This document shows, piece after piece, positions 62,415 through 64,000 of a DNA stretch of 64,000 nucleotides. Both the position numbers and the translations under genes were made by a program. Within the stretch, counting starts at the first letter, position 1. Each line of letters opens with the position of its first letter. Below the pieces are notes generated by a model. The model searched no databases. It worked only from the letters and a program-made list of their open reading frames with translations, and was not told the origin of the DNA. The DNA comes from Dehalococcoidia bacterium (GTDB lineage: Bacteria; Chloroflexota; Dehalococcoidia; UBA2979): the NCBI GenBank assembly GCA_965262725.1, contig OZ253555.1, positions 1,280,001-1,344,000 on the forward strand, read 5' to 3'.

Positions 62415-64000
62415 TTAGCTCCGGGCCCGACGCGGGGAACGCAGGCGGAGGGAGTTCGACATCACCGACACCGAGCTGATCGCCATCGCGCCGGCGGCGG
62501 CGATCGGGTTCAGGAAGCCGCGCTCGCCGAGGATCGGCTGAAGCACGGGCGGCACGTCGTCCCGGCCGAGCAGCCCGAGCCCTAGGTAGCCGATCCCGGC
62601 GGCGACGGGGATCAGTGCCACGTTGTAGGCGAAGGCCCAGCCGAGGTTCTGCCGCATCGTACGGATCGTTGCGCGTGAGAGGCCGATCGCTCCGTCGACG
62701 CCCCCGATGTCGGCGCGCATCAGCGTCACCCCGGCCGTCTCCAGCGCCACATCCGTGCCGGTTCCGATCGCGATACCGACATCGGCTTGGGCGAGGGCCG
62801 GCGCGTCGTTTATGCCGTCGCCGACCATCGCGACGACGCGCCCCTCCGCCTGCAACTCGCGCACGATGCGCGTCTTCCCCTCCGGCTGGACGCGGGCGAT
62901 CACGCGGTCGATCCCCACGCTGCGCGCGACCGCGCGTGCGGCCTCGTGCCGATCGCCCGTGAGCATCACGACATCGACTCCGCGCGCCCGGAGCCGGGCG
63001 ATTCCCGCGCGTGCGGTGGCACGCACGGGATCGGCGACCGTGATGAGGCCGGCCACCTCCCCGTCAACGGCGACGAGGAGCGGCGTCTCGCCGTCGGCGG
63101 TTGCCGCCTCGATGCGGTCGGGGAGCGAGTCGCGGCCGGCCCCGCGGCTCGCGAGTAGCTCCGCCGTGCCCACGAGCAGCAGACGCCCCTCGACCGTGGC
63201 CTCCACGCCGCGTCCGGGGATCGCGGTGAAGTGCTCCGGCCAGGCGAGCGTGAGCCCGCGCCGCTCGGCCTCGCGGAGCACCGCGCCGGCGTAGGGATGC
63301 TCGGATCCGCGCTCCGCCGATGCGACCAGCCGCATGAGATCGTTCTCGCCGATCGGCTGGCCCCCGGTAGCGCCGGGGACGCGCTCAATACCGGTGACCT
63401 TGGGTCGGCCCTCGGTGATCGTTCCCGTCTTGTCGAGCACCACGGTATCGACGTGGTGCGCCCTCTCGAGCGCCTCCGCGCTCCGAATCAGGATGCCGTC
63501 CTGCGCGCCTCGGCCGATGCCGACCATGATCGCCGTCGGGGTCGCGAGCCCGAGCGCGCAGGGGCAGGCGACGATGAGCACCGCGACGGCGTTCAGGATC
63601 GCGAGCGTCGGAGCGGGCTCGGGCCCACCGATGAGCCAGGCGGCGAACGTGATCGCCGCGACGGCGAAGACGGCGGGAACGAAGACGGCGGCGACGCGGT
63701 CGACGAGAGCCTGGATCGGCGCCTTCGAGCCCTGGGCTTCCTCGACGAGCCGGATGATGTGCGCGAGAGCCGAGTCTGCCCCGACCGCCGTTGCACGCAC
63801 CCTCAGCACGCCCGTCGTGTTCAGTGTCGCACCGAAGACGGGGTCGCCGGCCGACTTGGCGAGAGGGAGCGACTCGCCGGTCAGCATCGACTCGTCGACG
63901 GCGGATGAGCCGTCGATCACGTCGCCGTCCACGGGGATCTGCTCGGCGGGGCGCACGATCACAATGTCGCCAGGCTGAACCGCCCGCACGGGGATCTCGT
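62415..64000 (-). CDS. copA: Copper-translocating P1B-type ATPase (N-terminus outside the window)
   Basis: [35 protein letters not shown] and MAISS (Cu+ P1B-1 signature). Confidence 0.9.
   Translation of the reverse strand, partial: EIPVRAVQPGDIVIVRPAEQIPVDGDVIDGSSAVDESMLTGESLPLAKSAGDPVFGATLNTTGVLRVRATAVGADSALAHIIRLVEEAQGSKAPIQALVDRVAAVFVPAVFAVAAITFAAWLIGGPEPAPTLAILNAVAVLIVACPCALGLATPTAIMVGIGRGAQDGILIRSAEALERAHHVDTVVLDKTGTITEGRPKVTGIERVPGATGGQPIGENDLMRLVASAERGSEHPYAGAVLREAERRGLTLAWPEHFTAIPGRGVEATVEGRLLLVGTAELLASRGAGRDSLPDRIEAATADGETPLLVAVDGEVAGLITVADPVRATARAGIARLRARGVDVVMLTGDRHEAARAVARSVGIDRVIARVQPEGKTRIVRELQAEGRVVAMVGDGINDAPALAQADVGIAIGTGTDVALETAGVTLMRADIGGVDGAIGLSRATIRTMRQNLGWAFAYNVALIPVAAGIGYLGLGLLGRDDVPPVLQPILGERGFLNPIAAAGAMAISSVSVMSNSLRLRSPRRARS

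Overview
Very GC-rich (about 70%+ by eye) bacterial chromosomal window. It is most consistent with a Chloroflexota/Dehalococcoidia-like organism; this is inferred from a GAAC-N4-GTTC LexA box at recA and from gene content and order, and was not verified by search. The window is mostly housekeeping genes: rsmH-mraZ, mog-trmD-rplS-priA-def-yajC-secD-secF, hemW-(Zn finger)-selB, aspS, peptide ABC components, tig-clpP-clpX, nadK-GNAT-NUDIX, E. coli-type frdABCD facing fumC-mdh-icd-acyl-CoA carboxylase, LysM and M28 lipoproteins, a split hydantoinase/oxoprolinase, rplY, rlmN, fmt, recA-recX-rny-ymdB, tRNA-Asp, panD, secG, yvcK, gatB, rarA, tRNA-Leu(UAA) and a Cu-type P1B ATPase. The standout element is an 862-nt ORF-less group II intron (22815-23676) between clpX and nadK. 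It has intact GUGCG/AC ends, domain V, a bulged branch A, a candidate EBS1-IBS1 pairing and only a relic of its RT ORF. Removing it in silico restores a 39-codon leaderless-type ORF whose stop overlaps the nadK start (ATGA), suggesting possible splicing-dependent expression of NAD kinase (a hypothesis). Other oddities are an SH3b-like domain inserted in SecF, an unannotated 52-aa YHS/TRASH protein before gatB, a Zn-ribbon gene between hemW and selB, and an alpha/beta-hydrolase with His at the nucleophile position. All calls come from manual motif reading; no database searches were run.
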